From contig JAYWIR010000009.1 in NCBI GenBank assembly GCA_036172245.1, positions 3,286,001 through 3,350,000 on the forward strand: DNA of 64,000 nt, in the 5' to 3' direction. Below are positions 1 through 11,699 of this stretch, in pieces (within the stretch, counting starts at the first letter, position 1; each line of letters begins with the position of its first letter). The notes beneath the pieces are model-generated. The model ran no database searches. It saw only the letters and a program-made list of their open reading frames with translations, and was not told the DNA's origin. The DNA comes from Raillietiella orientalis. Its lineage: Eukaryota. The position numbers and the translations under genes were made by a program.

Positions 1-1499
1 GCCGAGTTGCCGTTGCGGTTCGCAGCGGCTCTCCGCCGGGGTCCACCTCTGCGCTCTTCTTGTCCAAAAGCAGCTCACCGTCGCCATGGGATCGGATTCT
101 CCTCCGCTGGAGCTGCGCCACCGGCCATTTCCCGACGGCTTCTCATTCCGGAGACGGACCTTCGTGGGGAGTTGAGATCGAGTGCGGGAGTCTCGCGCGA
201 CCTCGCTTCCGAGTGGATCGCCTGCGGTAGCACGGAACATTTCAGGAAGGTGCTGGGCGGCGGTGGTGCCGGCGTGTGTCCCGGTCACTCGCCCACCCAG
301 CGGAGGCTGCACCTGGAAGTGACGAGGCCGCGTCCGATTCCGTGAAAGTCGAGCTCCCGTGTCCTTGGCAACCGGATCGTTTCGGACCGCTGTCCGGCTG
401 CCGACCTTCGGCTGCTCTTCGCACCGCAGCGGTCATCGCGGCGCTGAAGCGGAGGCAGAGCGTCTGGGGTGACGGGGGAGGAAGGGACGACGAGCCGAGG
501 CGCGCTGGCGCTGCGGCGGGAGCTGACAGACAGGCCGTTGCCAATGCGCGCGCACTCCCTCGTCCGCGTTCGCGGGCCGTCTCTCCGCGCGGCGGACGGG
601 CGGCCCTCGACCACGCGACCTGCGGAGAGCGCCGAGCGAGCTCTTCGAGCGTATAGCGGTCGCGTCTCCACGGACGATCTCTCTCCGCAGCCCTCGCGAG
701 CGGTCCCCTCGCAAGAAAAACGAAAGGCGAGAGCCTCTCCGCCGCCGCCGCCGCCGCCGTGACTCACCCCGTGCTCCGACCGCATGACTCATCTTCCTGT
801 GGCAACCGAGCACAAACAGGTACGCCCGGGAGAGCTGGGCTCTGCCGCGCGGCAGCGGCCAGCCAGCCCACCGGGCTGATCTCTCTCCCGAGGCGCTCCT
901 CCGTCACCCGCCCGTCCTCACCGCCGCGGGCGATTTATTTATCCATCGATGCACTCGATCGGAATCGACCTGCACGAGCCCGGAGCCTCCCGTCCTCCTC
1001 TCCTTGCGCGGCGGGGATGGGGCGCGAGGCTGCCCCTTCTCAGCAGACGCTTGTTGCTTAGTAACCGACCGGCAAGCAGTCGGCCGTGAGCACGTGGAGG
1101 CCGGAGAGAAAGAACGGGGGAAAAAAACCCGCGTTTCAGCTGCAGCGGCAGGTAATGGAGATCGCCATAATAAAAAGGAAAAAAAAGAAAAAAAGAGGGA
1201 GAGGACGCCAGGAGGAGAGAAGGAGGCGCAGAGCGAGTCTGCTCCTTTGTTTATCTGGTTTGCCTCTCCGCGATGGCAAACAAGTCCCGGCCTGCCTTTC
1301 AGGCGAGCAAGGGTCAAGACACGGAGAACCCCAGCACTCTGCAGGCGATCGAAGCGCGTAGACGCCGCTCCGGGAACGAAAGCACAAAAAAAGACAAAAA
1401 AAAATGGAAAGGATAAAAAATGAAATGAAAAATAAAAACAGAATGGGAATGTCCTTCGTGCCAGCGGGTCGGAGAAGGGCTGTTCCCTCCTCTTTGCCA

Positions 1500-4210
1500 A
1501 AGTTACCTTCCTCGCGGGAAAAGGGACGCGGGTGCTGACCATCTATCCCTCCCTCTCTGAGACACGTCGCGGACTTCTGACCCTTGCCGGAGCCTCTCTC
1601 GCGTGGAGCACCTGCGGAGGAGGAGATCCTTCCGAGGAGGCTGAATCTGGCGATGCTCCTCGCGTGCCATAGATCGGCCGTAGTGCCCCTGCAGCCGCAG
1701 CCGCCTTCTGCCCACTAAGCAGGCTGTTAGCCTTAAGCTGGCCACCAGCACTGCCGTTACGTTCCCCACTGCCGTTTTTCCCTCTTCCCGAAGGGTCACC
1801 GACTGTCAGGACACTTCCGGGGCGGCAATGCGACACTGAACAGACACTTCCCTGTCTCCAAGACTGAGGTCGGAAAGAGGAGCACCCGAACATTGTAGAG
1901 CGGATGCTGACGAAGGAGAGACCAACAGCCAGGATGGAGAAAGCATTGCCGTGGGCACTCTCCGTGACCTCCCAGCACGGAAGAACATGCCAGAAGGAAC
2001 TCTCTAGCTGTGCTCCCCAAAGTGTCCGCCCTGCAAACGTCTCTCCTGACCTTCCATTCTTCCTTCCTATTCCTCATCTCCCTATTTCTCCTCCTCCTAT
2101 TCCTTGTCTTCTTATTCCTCATCCTCATCTCCTTCATCTTCCTATTCCTCGTCCCCCTATTTCTCATCTCCCTATTCCTTCTTTTCCTATTCCTCGTCCC
2201 CCTATTTCTCATCTCCCTATTCCTTCTTTTCCTATTCCTCGTCCCCCTATCCCTCGTCTCCTCGTTCCCCATCCTCATGTTTGAACTTCATTACGGAAGC
2301 TGCAAGAAAAGACAGGAGGGCACTTAAGTCCACGGGGGGCGCTCCATCCGCACGCGGTCGTTTGCAGCGCACGCGAGAATGGGGTGACGCCCACAGCGCT
2401 TTCTCTCGGGCAGCAGGGGAGGAGTGAGACCCAACCTTCGTAGGCGAAACGCGCGACGGTCCGAACTTTGTGCGCGTGCGGTGGAATCGGCGCCCTCGAA
2501 GACAGCGGCTCGGAGGTGACAGCACCGGCAGGCACGGTGCATGCCGATGCCACAGAACGGCCCAAGGACAGGTTTCGCTCCTGGCGGGTCAGATCGACTC
2601 AGATCAGGTTGGGGGCCGAGGTCAGGTGAGGCTGTATTGGGTTCCCTCGGTGAGCACTGCTCGCACGAGCGGTAGCAGCTGCTGCCTCCCCGACCGCTCC
2701 CTCTTGGCAGATGACCTAGACGGTGTGACCGGCGTGCGTCTTGGCTACTCATCACGCCAGGTCGCTCCATCGTCGACCTCCAACGGTCTGCCGTACGCGT
2801 GAGGGACCCTGGGCTACCTCAGGACTTGAGGTTGTTTTCCGGGGTCACCTCCAGCACTGGGCCCGACGCATACGAACGAAAGCAAGGGTTCTGGCTCCCG
2901 GCGTCCGGCCTCCCTTTGCTGTGCGCCCTCGGGCGACGTCGCCGATCTTTCCAGGGGCAGCGAGCAGCGAGGATGGCGGTAATTCCAAGGCGCTCACTCA
3001 GGCTGAAGTTCCGAGCCGACTCTCGGGACTGGCTGCTTTCCTGCAGACCACCAGTTCGCACCGCATCTGCATCGCCTTCCACGCTACTCATCCCTGCGCC
3101 CCCTCCCTTGGTGGTCGCTGCTCTCATGAGTGGAAGCGAAGCGCACGTGTTATAGACGTGGAATAGGGAGACGAGGAAGAGGAAAACCAGGAAGAGGAGA
3201 AGGAGGAGTAACACGAGGAAGAGGGGAACGAGGAAGAGGATAGGCGGTTCCTAGAATCACATCCATCCCGGAATCACATTCGCCGATGAATGGGAAGTGG
3301 CTTGAGGTGCTGTCCCACGCAAGACGTGGTCTTTCCATGATCGAGGCGTTTCCCAGCGAAAGGATGCCGGACCCCCCTTGAGACGGACCGGGCGAATGCT
3401 GGAGGTGGATTTCTCTCGCGTTCCGACAGAGAGTGAAGTCTCCGATCACCATCCCGGGTGTGAATGCGGCAAATGGCAGCTGCTGCAAGTGCAGCGCATT
3501 TGCAAGAACGGAACGGGGACCCTGGCGCCCAGCGTATCCAATAGGGGGACGAGGAATAAGAGGACGTAAGGAGGACCCACTGGAGAAAAAAGGGGAACTC
3601 GTCTTTTCGGATATGCCTTGGCAGAGTTTCTCTTTTCGGAAGGTCTTCCGCGTGTAAAGGTACGCCGGATGGGGCAGCAGCGCGTAGAGCAGATGGAATC
3701 CACGTGTTGGTGGCGTTATCTGACCGGGAGCGCAGCATTTCTTTTCGTTTCACAGGAAGGAAGGGATTTGAAGGTAAGAACTTCGTGTCCACGGGGACGT
3801 CGCTTGAGCCACCAATCAGCCGTCCTTCTGGCGGCTTTCGCGCCAATTCTGAAGGAGGAACAGAAGCGAGCACGATGACCTACGACCTGTTCTCAGTAAT
3901 TTCGTTCCGGGTTGCCCACGGAAGCATCCTCACGCGCGCGACGCGAGGACTGCGTCAAAGAACCAAAAGGACTGGGCGCCCGCCATGAGCAGGCGGGAAA
4001 TCCTGTGGGCGCTCCTCAGGATTTTCCGGGACTCTCCGGTGTGCACTCGGTGCACATTCTGTGCGAATGTGAGCGCCATCATCGTTCTGACGGAGCATCC
4101 ACTCGAACATCGCTCGTCCGTCCACGGCTGTACCGCACTTCCATGCGCACATGGGCGACGGGGAGAAGAAACCAGGGTCGCAAACTTAGGAAATTCCAGA
4201 AAGCTCTACG
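1500..4210 (+). mobile_element. Degenerate L1/Tx1-type LINE ORF2 (RT + zf-RVT)
   Basis: Motif remnants in order across frames: LAVLPK (~2005), EVR*GC (GVRQGC, ~2620), LLADDL (YADD, ~2705), ATSGLEV (~2815), WLLS (~3030), FRVAHGSILTR (~3905), CTFC...EH...C (~4050-4130). Confidence 0.6.
2050..2278 (+). repeat. Pyrimidine minisatellite, 15-bp monomer CCTATT(C/T)CT..., with a 45-bp higher-order unit
   Basis: CCTATTCCTCGTCCC-CCTATTTCTCATCTC-CCTATTCCTTCTTTT occurs twice exactly at 2141-2230, with looser flanking monomers. It interrupts RT domain 1 of the LINE. Confidence 0.9.
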
Positions 4211-4329
4211 GACTAATGGGAGAAGAAGGTAAGTGGAAGAGGAGGAGGAGGGAAAGGGAGGAAGAGGGAGAGGGAAAAAGTAAGGAGAATAGAGCAAGAG
4301 AGGAATGAAGAGGGAAGGAATAGAGAGAT

Positions 4330-7300
4330 GAGAAATGGTTCGTCGATGGCTCTGATCCTCTGAGGAACTTTCAATTCAAGAATTCCCTTTCCTTCCACCT
4401 CCTCTTCCTCGCGTTCCTTTCAGTCCACTCGTTGCAGTATTGCCATTACACGACTTCACCAGAAGAAAAAGTTGTGATCGCAGAAAGCGTTCCTGTGGCA
4501 GGCAGCTCCCTCGCAAGCCGCAGACCTAAAAGCGCCGCGCCCTCCTGACCAGGAGGAAAAGAGCGCGGAATGTTCGACGGATTTTCGGCCTCCTTCTCTT
4601 GGGGCGGAGGCGGCGGTGGCCCGAAGAGAGAAAGGAGAAATTTTCGCTGTGGTCGTCTGGGAGGTCACCTCTCAGAGGCGGTGGTCACTGTTCAGGAAGG
4701 GCGGTGCAGGTGATCTCAGAAGGGACGCCGTCGAACCGCAGCACCGAAGAGCCAAGTGGGCTGCCCTGAAACACTTAGGCTTCGTTGGGATGGGCGTCTC
4801 GGACGCACCCTTCCAGCTCTCGGGCGGTCGGCACCGAAAGGCGGCGAGCCGCGGAGCACCCCGAGAGGAAGGCACTGCTTGATCCCACGGGTAAGCAGCC
4901 ACACGCAATGCCATGCCGGGAAAGGAGGAGAAGAACTCTCTGCCCGGGAATTTTTCTGGAGAACACGCATGCAAGAGGGGGCCCCTGCTTGAATCATGAC
5001 CCTCCCTTCTTTCTTTCTCTTCCACCTCAATGGAGCTTTTATTGTATCGAGGGCTTCTTGGGGAGCTCCCTTGCCTTTTCACAGAGCGCCACCGGCTACA
5101 GACCGGAAGCCATCGCGTCGCCACCTGCAAGAAGGCGAGAGGAAGCGGCGAAGAAGGTGCCTTGAGCGTCAGCGGCCTACACCTGCCTCTGCCCACCCAC
5201 CCTTCCGAGGTCTTCTCTGATACTGAAGGTCTCGCCGTGTTTCAGAGAAGAAAACCCCTCCTGGTGGCAGGACGTCGCCTCTGGTTACCCCCGACGCGCT
5301 CGCTCAGGGGCAGCGGCTCTAGCCTGGCCTGAAGAGCACGCGCCTCCGAAAGTGGGCGGCGCACAGGAGGGAATCGGGGAGTTGCGCTTCCAGCTGGAAT
5401 TCTTCCAGAAGGCTCCTGGTCGCCCGGTTCAGGTTAGGGCTGGCAGCACGGCATCCTCCCTTCCCTCTCCCGGCAGGACGCTCCCTCCGGACAGTGCTTT
5501 CTGAAAGTTCCCGGTTCTCGAGGGCACCCGAGGGGATTTCATCGAACCGTTGCCCCTTCCACGGATCTGATCTCCTCCCCTGGTCTGCTCGGGACTAGGA
5601 GCTTCTAATTGGTTACGAGGTTGAATCTTTCGCTTGGCTCCCGCAGCTGAATCCTAGAAGAAGATTCTTCCCTCCGCCTGCATTTGGACGGACGGCGTCT
5701 CCCACGCTCTTGCTGAGGCATTGGGGTTCCGTTATCGGTCATCCCTTCCTGTGGAGCCACCAGGAAGAGATCAAACGGTGTGTATTCCAGATGGAGGTGG
5801 ACTCTCCTTCCTTTGGCAGAAGACTGACCACGTCCTGTAGGTACTTCGGGATCAGAGCGCTGAAGCACCTTGTCCCTCTCTCCCAGAAGGGGTCTGCCCC
5901 CTCTCCAGTTCTCCAGGAGCTCACTACCTCATCAGAAGTCATGGTGACCCAGTAGACGAAAGTGAAAGAGGGAGGCACACAAAAGCAGCAGCCGGATTCC
6001 ACGCTGCTGGTTGGCCTCTCTGGACGGTCAGCACCGCGGTCGACTCGAGGCTCGATACGGGGAGGGGGGAAGGGTCGGTCGAAAACTCCGGTCGTATCCG
6101 GTGCTTTGGAATAAAGAGCCTGATCCCTTTCGGCTGAAGATCACTGATCTCGGAGGGCGCCGGCGACAGGTGGAGAGGCCGGTGAAGGAAGGTAAATTTC
6201 TGCGAGCTGGCAATCCTTCACGCTTCCTCGGAAGGAACAGAGGACTACCCAAGAGCTCTTTGACATCTGCGGGACAAGAGTTTGGCGCTCTTTTCCTCCC
6301 CCCCGAGTGGGGTAGCCAGCGCATCTCTCTTGGCGACCGTCCGAAAGGATTCCTGGAGTCGATGCACCCACGAGGAACTCTGGAGGACCCTCCTGTGCGT
6401 TCGAAAGCAGCCGTTTCGGTTCCGTCGAAACAGAAGTGGAAGGTGCGGAGCTGAAGACTGGAAAGGAGGAAGAAGACGTGGAAAAACAACGGAAGCATGC
6501 AGAAAGCCGAAGACGACAAAGACCTCAGCAGACTGAAGACCCAGAATTCTTGCAGGGCTTGGTCCTCTTCTCCTCTTGGTGCTCACCTGCGGCTTTGGGT
6601 CCTTGGCTGGCCACTCGGAATACTCTTGCAGCAGGAAAGGCGGCCATCGTTGGTGCTTCTTTTGCAGCAGCGGCAGCGGAGGATCCAGTAGAAAGCAGCC
6701 TCCCTTATGGTCCATACTTCCGCCCACTTACCACTGTAGCTGCTGATGAAGAATTCCGAAGGAGTGCCCCAAGTTCATCTGCGGAAGACCGTTCTTCGCT
6801 GAAGACATCGCTGCCGTGCTTCCCTTTTCCCTTCTGTGGTGGAAGACCCGGACCACCTTGCACCTCCGCCGACTCGTCCGAGAATCCGGTTCTAGGGAGA
6901 GGCGCTGAGGCGTATCGAGACAACCTGCCTGCCTGCCTCCCCACCCCCCCGCAGGGCGTCCCGACCGACTTCGCATCCTTGGGAGCGCGGTCGGCGGGCA
7001 AGAGGCGGGCTGCGCGTGCGTGCGCTTCGAGAGTTCGCCCTCTGGCAAGGAGGAGAAACCCCACCCGGGAGGACTCTGGCAACCCTGGAAGAGGAGGAGA
7101 AAAGGATAGTGGCAGTTCTGGATGAGGCAGGATCGCGTGTGCCGCTTCGGTGCACCACTTTCGCTGAATCCCCGAACCCCAACCGCGTTCCCGAGGTCGC
7201 CTGCCTGGCTAGCCCCGACATGGCTGCACCGGTGGCTTCGAGACGAAGAAGTGGACCGCCTTCCCTTCCTGCCTTTGTTGCCATGGCTGCTGCCAATTCT

Positions 7301-8300
7301 TCCCCCACCCATCTGAATTCCAAGGGAGGGAGAGAAGTCAATTGTCCTCCCCAGCCGACTCGCGGGGCGTTTCGGTGACCACCGCGTCCCAGCGAGGACG
7401 CTCGGGACACGCCCGCGCGAAGGAGGAGAAAGTCGTCCCTTCCCGGCGCTCCCACCACGTGACGGCGCTGCTCAGTGGCCCCTGAGAGTCTCGGGCAGGA
7501 AGAAGTCTCCAAAGGGAACCACCTGAGCAGAATCGGGATGAGCGCGGAAAGATGGGTTGGCCAGCTGACCGGAATGCCAGAAGTCAAGGCGACACGGAAA
7601 TCGCGTCTCCGAAGTGATGCAGCAGCATCCCCAGAGGGCACGTTCCTCGCCTTCAAGATCGGAAAGGCCCTCTTGTCCCGTTCATCCTCAGGGAGAGGGT
7701 CAGGAGCAGCGCCTCTGCTTCCGCCCCGGGTCGGCAAGACGATCTCTCGGAGGTGACCATTGCCCTGCACGCAGAGCGCGGCGTCCCTTACCGGTGAGGG
7801 TCTCTGGGATCGTGCGAAGCCCCCCCCCGGAGGGGGGGTTGCTTCGCGCTGGTTTCCACTTGAGGAAGATTGCCGGAGGCGTCGCCGGTGCTGCTGTTGA
7901 AGAGATCCCGAAGAACAGATCTTTGCGTAGCATTCGGAGCTTCTCCGACCCTGCGTCAGAAGGGAGGAGGAAGAAAGGGAGAAGAGAAGAGGAAGGGAGG
8001 AGGAAGAAGGAGGTGGAGTAAGGAGGGGTTGTTTCGGTTCCAGGGAGAAGACCTCGCTTTCACGATGCTCACAGATGCATCCTCCGCGGTACCTTCTGGG
8101 CCTCCTTCAGTAGGAAGCATCCGGGGAGGAGGAAGGGCATCCTCCGCGGGATGCAGGGCCATGGGTTTCCGCCCAAAGCCCCTCACGTCCCACAACCTCG
8201 CGACGGGAGCTTCCACTGGCTGCGCCCGCCATCCCGCCAGAGCCTTCGACTGCGCGACAGGCAGCCGCAGGTCTGCCTCTTCAGGCGCTCCGTGCCCCTG
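4330..8300 (-). mobile_element. Degenerate near full-length L1/Tx1-type LINE (ORF1 knuckle, APE, RT, zf-RVT)
   Basis: Ordered remnants: LCVQGNGHL (CCHC, ~7760), LGFGDSAKVVH...SSRVARVL and PADRAP (APE SRID/SDH, 7180-6980), FLPRK...NLPSFTGL (RT1, ~6230), FVYWV...DPFWERGTR (~5950-5870), KYLQDVV (YADD-like), HLALRC (zf, ~4750), WTERNAR (~4420). Confidence 0.6.
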
Positions 8301-10141
8301 AGGACTTGCGCACCCAGCTGCCGCGAGCATCTGGCGCTACCCTGGGCAGACCGACCGAGGGCCGCGGAGCGCGTCCGCCAGCCGAGCGCAACCGTCGGCA
8401 GGGCACCTGCAGTGCGGGCTCGAGCCCTGTTTCCACGGCTACTTCCGAAATCCCTTCCCCCCCATCGGCCCCGGTTTTCTGGGTGGATGGAGACATCAAC
8501 TGCCTGCTCCCCCCCCCCATGGGTTCGATCCCGTTGAGTCGCGTCGGCTGCTCTGTACCCCGACCGGCCAACCTGGCCGTGGCTCCACGCAAACTCGACC
8601 GGCGCAGCGCGCATGAGGACTTTTTGGACTGCGGGACCGCCTGGGGTGGCGCTCGCGCGGAGGGGGTGCGAAGGGTGTGCCCTTCATATCGAAAATCGGG
8701 GTGCGTTCGGGTCACTCGTTCCAGAAAGCTTCCTTGCTGCTCGAATTCTTCTCAGAGTCCCGCCGTCCCGGGCTGGACAAGGCTGGGGGGAGTATTGGGC
8801 AAGGTCCAGTACACCTCCGGCGGCACGACCGAGTGACATTTTCTGCTCCGTTGGGGGTGCGTCCAGGCTCCTTCCGCCCTCCTCGCCCGCAGGCCCATGG
8901 GCAAGGGCAGGGACCATCCTGAATGCCACGGGAGAGCAGCGGTTTCCTTGGTTTCCTTGGGGGGACTCCCCGCTCAGAGACGCTCCCGGTAGCCTCGGAG
9001 GCACACGTATCCCGGCGACAGCGGCGGGTGGAAGAAAGGAAGCTGCTTCGTCTCGCGCTGCTCCAAGGGGTCCGCAGCTCCCCCCGTCTTCCAGGCGAGA
9101 GTCAACTCCTGGGAGATGCCGCCCGCTTCCCCCGGGAAGTCGGGTCAGGAGGCCCCTCCCTCCACGGGAGGTCTCCGGGGGGTTGAGGGGGGAGGAAAGC
9201 AGCGAACAAAACGCTGCCGCAGGACACGAGCGAACAGGCGCGCACAGATTGGCTGCGAGCCGCGACTGGTGCTACGTCAAGGGCAGGCTGGCCCGTGACG
9301 TAGCGGAGCTTCGGCGGCGCCACGCGGGGATCCCCCCCCTGCTTTTCACAGAGCGGGCAGGCGGAAGGAGCAAGAGAGGGGCATCCCAGAGTCGCAGGAC
9401 GCGTGTGCGCAGCTCCAGCGGGGAAGAGTCGGGGTCGCGCCCTCCGGCGAAAGCGAGAGAGCTCACGCCGGCCAAGGTCAGCCGCCGGCGCGCGTGCGCG
9501 CGAGGGAGAGGCCGGGAGAGGCGAGGCGGTGCCAACTGCTCTCGAGAGCGGAAAACGCCTGGCAACCCTGAGTCACTGCGCAGAAGGTCCGCAGCCACCG
9601 CCGCCGGCCGTTCTCGGCGACCTCGTGCCGGCGGCGGCCTCCCGAACACCCGGGGATGGGTGCGAGCGGGCCCTCCGCCCCTTCTCTGGCGGTTTCCCCC
9701 TTCCTGCCCTCCGAAACCCGCGCTCGAGAAGACGACCCCTCCCCCTTCCAGCGCGCGGTTGCGCTCACCTCCCCATAGAGACGAGGTGGCAACCCTGATC
9801 GAAAGCCGATGGGGTGGACTGCCACCGCTCCCCCGTCACCTCCAGCCTACCTCGCCCGCCCGCACCCCCAACTCGTTCAGGAGAGCCACCTCCCTCCTCT
9901 CCTCCTCCCCCGAGGGTTGCCAGCACCTTCCCAGACCGCCGTCTCCCCTCCAGGAGAGCGGCAGCCGGGCAGGAAGACTTCCGGCCCCGCTTCCGAAGGT
10001 GCAGGGTGGAAGGGACGGAGCAGGGTGGTTCTCCGGAAGCCCCCTCGTCTCCGTAGGGTGGGTGCCACCCGCCCCCTCCCCACCCCCATCCACCCGCCCG
10101 TTTCCCCCGGCAACGAGGATCGCACAGACGCTGCAGCAGCT

Positions 10142-10147
10142 TTTATT
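10142..10147 (-). terminator. AATAAA polyadenylation signal of the 10317-11151 gene
   Basis: TTTATT on + at 10142-10147, about 170 nt past the stop, in otherwise very GC-rich sequence. Confidence 0.55.
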
Positions 10148-10316
10148 GTGGTTGTCCGGAACTGGCGCGCATCTGGCGGCTCCTGCCGGCGGGCCATGAA
10201 AGACGGTCGGAAATCACCTCTTCGCTTTGATGAGCGGCGGCTCCTGTTGGGAGTCGGGGCGCGGCGGGGGCGCGCGCGGGGCGGGCCGTATCGGGGAGGG
10301 GGGCTACAGGGACGCC

Positions 10317-11151
10317 TCAGAGGCTCGTCCGGCGGCGACCGTCGTCCCGGAGGCGCATCAGGAAGCGGCACACTTGCCGCAGGGTCCAGGTCAGGGCCTT
10401 GGCTGCCAGCAGGGACAGCAGCGGCACCAGAGATTCGCACAGGGGCGTCAGCGGCAGCGTCGCGCGCTCCTCGTCGGCCAGCTCGGCGACCTTGCGGCCG
10501 AGGGTCCTCCAGAAGTCGCGGGCCGCGCCGGCGCGGACGGCCCTCCGGGGCGAGCGGCCCGCCGCCCCCGAGGGCCGGGATGAGACCCGCGACGGGGGCC
10601 CCTGCGGTCTCCGGGGCGGCGGGAACGCGTCTGTCTGGCTCGACGCATCCTTGGTGGCGCCGGAGGTAGTCGCCGCCGCCGTCGCCGCCAGCCTCGCCGC
10701 CACCCGAGGGGCGGGCAAAGGGCTCCAGTCGGGCCGGCCGGGGGCAGCGACAAGGGTTTCTGGGCGTCGGTAGTGGCGGTCGATCCTGAGGGGCTGCACG
10801 ACCCACAGGTCTTGGCACCCTGCGGCGAGACAAACGCGGGGGTTCGTGAGAGCGAACTGGACCACGCCACCCGAGGAGGCAAGAGGACGATCAAGGGGGG
10901 GAGGGAAAAAGGGGGTCGGTGGCCGAGCGTTTCGGCCGGGAGTAGATCCCGGAGGCAAGGTGGGAGGGAAGGGGAAAGGGCAGCGCCCCGAGGGACTTCG
11001 CTCCCCTCCCCGAAGCGGAAGGGGCGCCAGGACTGGGGTCGCCCTCGTCCTTCTGTCGCGCGTACTCACCAGAGAGGCCCGGAGGGGCCGCGTCCTTGAC
11101 CTTGTCCGCATGCATCGGGATGGCGGCGAAGTGCAGGCACGTCGCGAGCAT
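10317..11151 (-). CDS. Two-exon gene, complement(join(10317..10819,11070..11151)), 194 aa; candidate Bim/Bmf-like BH3-only protein
   Basis: ATG at 11151-11149. Donor G|GTGAGT (intron starts 11069). The 250-nt intron has a CTCAC branch-like motif, a pyrimidine tract and acceptor CGCAG|G (intron ends 10820). Both junctions are phase 1 and the join is in frame (82+503=585 nt) to the stop at 10317. Protein: MLATCLHFAAIPMHADKVKDAAPPGLS/GCQDLWVVQ...TKDASSQTD...DFWRTLGRKVAELADEER...LVPLLSLLAAKALTWTLRQVCRFLMRLR...TSL. Gene structure is seen directly; function is inferred. Confidence 0.75.
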
Positions 11152-11269
11152 GTCCACGTGTGTCCCGGGGGAAGAGGGCGGCAGTGGTGTGCTGGGACGT
11201 CCGTCCACAGAGGCGCTCGGGGACGCACTGGTCCCGCGCGCGCACCGACGCGACAGGTAAGCGGGGCGG

Positions 11270-11460
11270 CCGCCGCGCGCGCGCCGCTCTCGCCGCCGCG
11301 GCTCCGCTCATTGGCGCGTCGCATCGCGTGACGTCGACACCGCCCCTCCAGGACGGCAGACCGCGAGTCCCCGTCTGCGCCCGCCCGGGCGGCGCCGCCG
11401 CGCGCGAGAGACGCCGGGCACGGGCGGGCGCGCGCGCGCTCCGAGCCCCGAGAGCTCCGC
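11270..11460 (-). promoter_or_regulatory. CpG-rich promoter-like region upstream of the BH3-like gene
   Basis: Dense CGCG. ATTGG (CCAAT on -) at 11310-11314 overlaps TTGGCGCG (E2F-like). CRE-like TGACGTC at 11329-11335. These lie 160-185 nt upstream of the ATG. Confidence 0.45.
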
Positions 11461-11699
11461 AGCCTCGGGGGGGTCTCCACGCCTCGGGCGCTGGGAGGAA
11501 GCGTCGGCTCCCGCTTCTTCTTACTGATGATGCCCGAGGCGACGGGCAACCACCGAATCCGGGGAGAACCTCTCCTTCCCACCAGAACGTGTGCAGCCCG
11601 CTGGCCCCCACGCGGCAAGGATGGTCGGCCGCCGGCTGGAATCCCTCTCCCCCTAACCTTTCCCTTGTTTTCGGTTTTTTTTTTTTTTCCTTTTTTTTT

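Noticed and set aside
1796..2278. Protamine-like Arg-rich ORF
   Set aside because: Translation of the 15-bp minisatellite.
8470..8545. tRNA/SINE head (GGTTCGATCCC; similar partial boxes at ~41425 and ~45350)
   Set aside because: Isolated A or B boxes with no cloverleaf.
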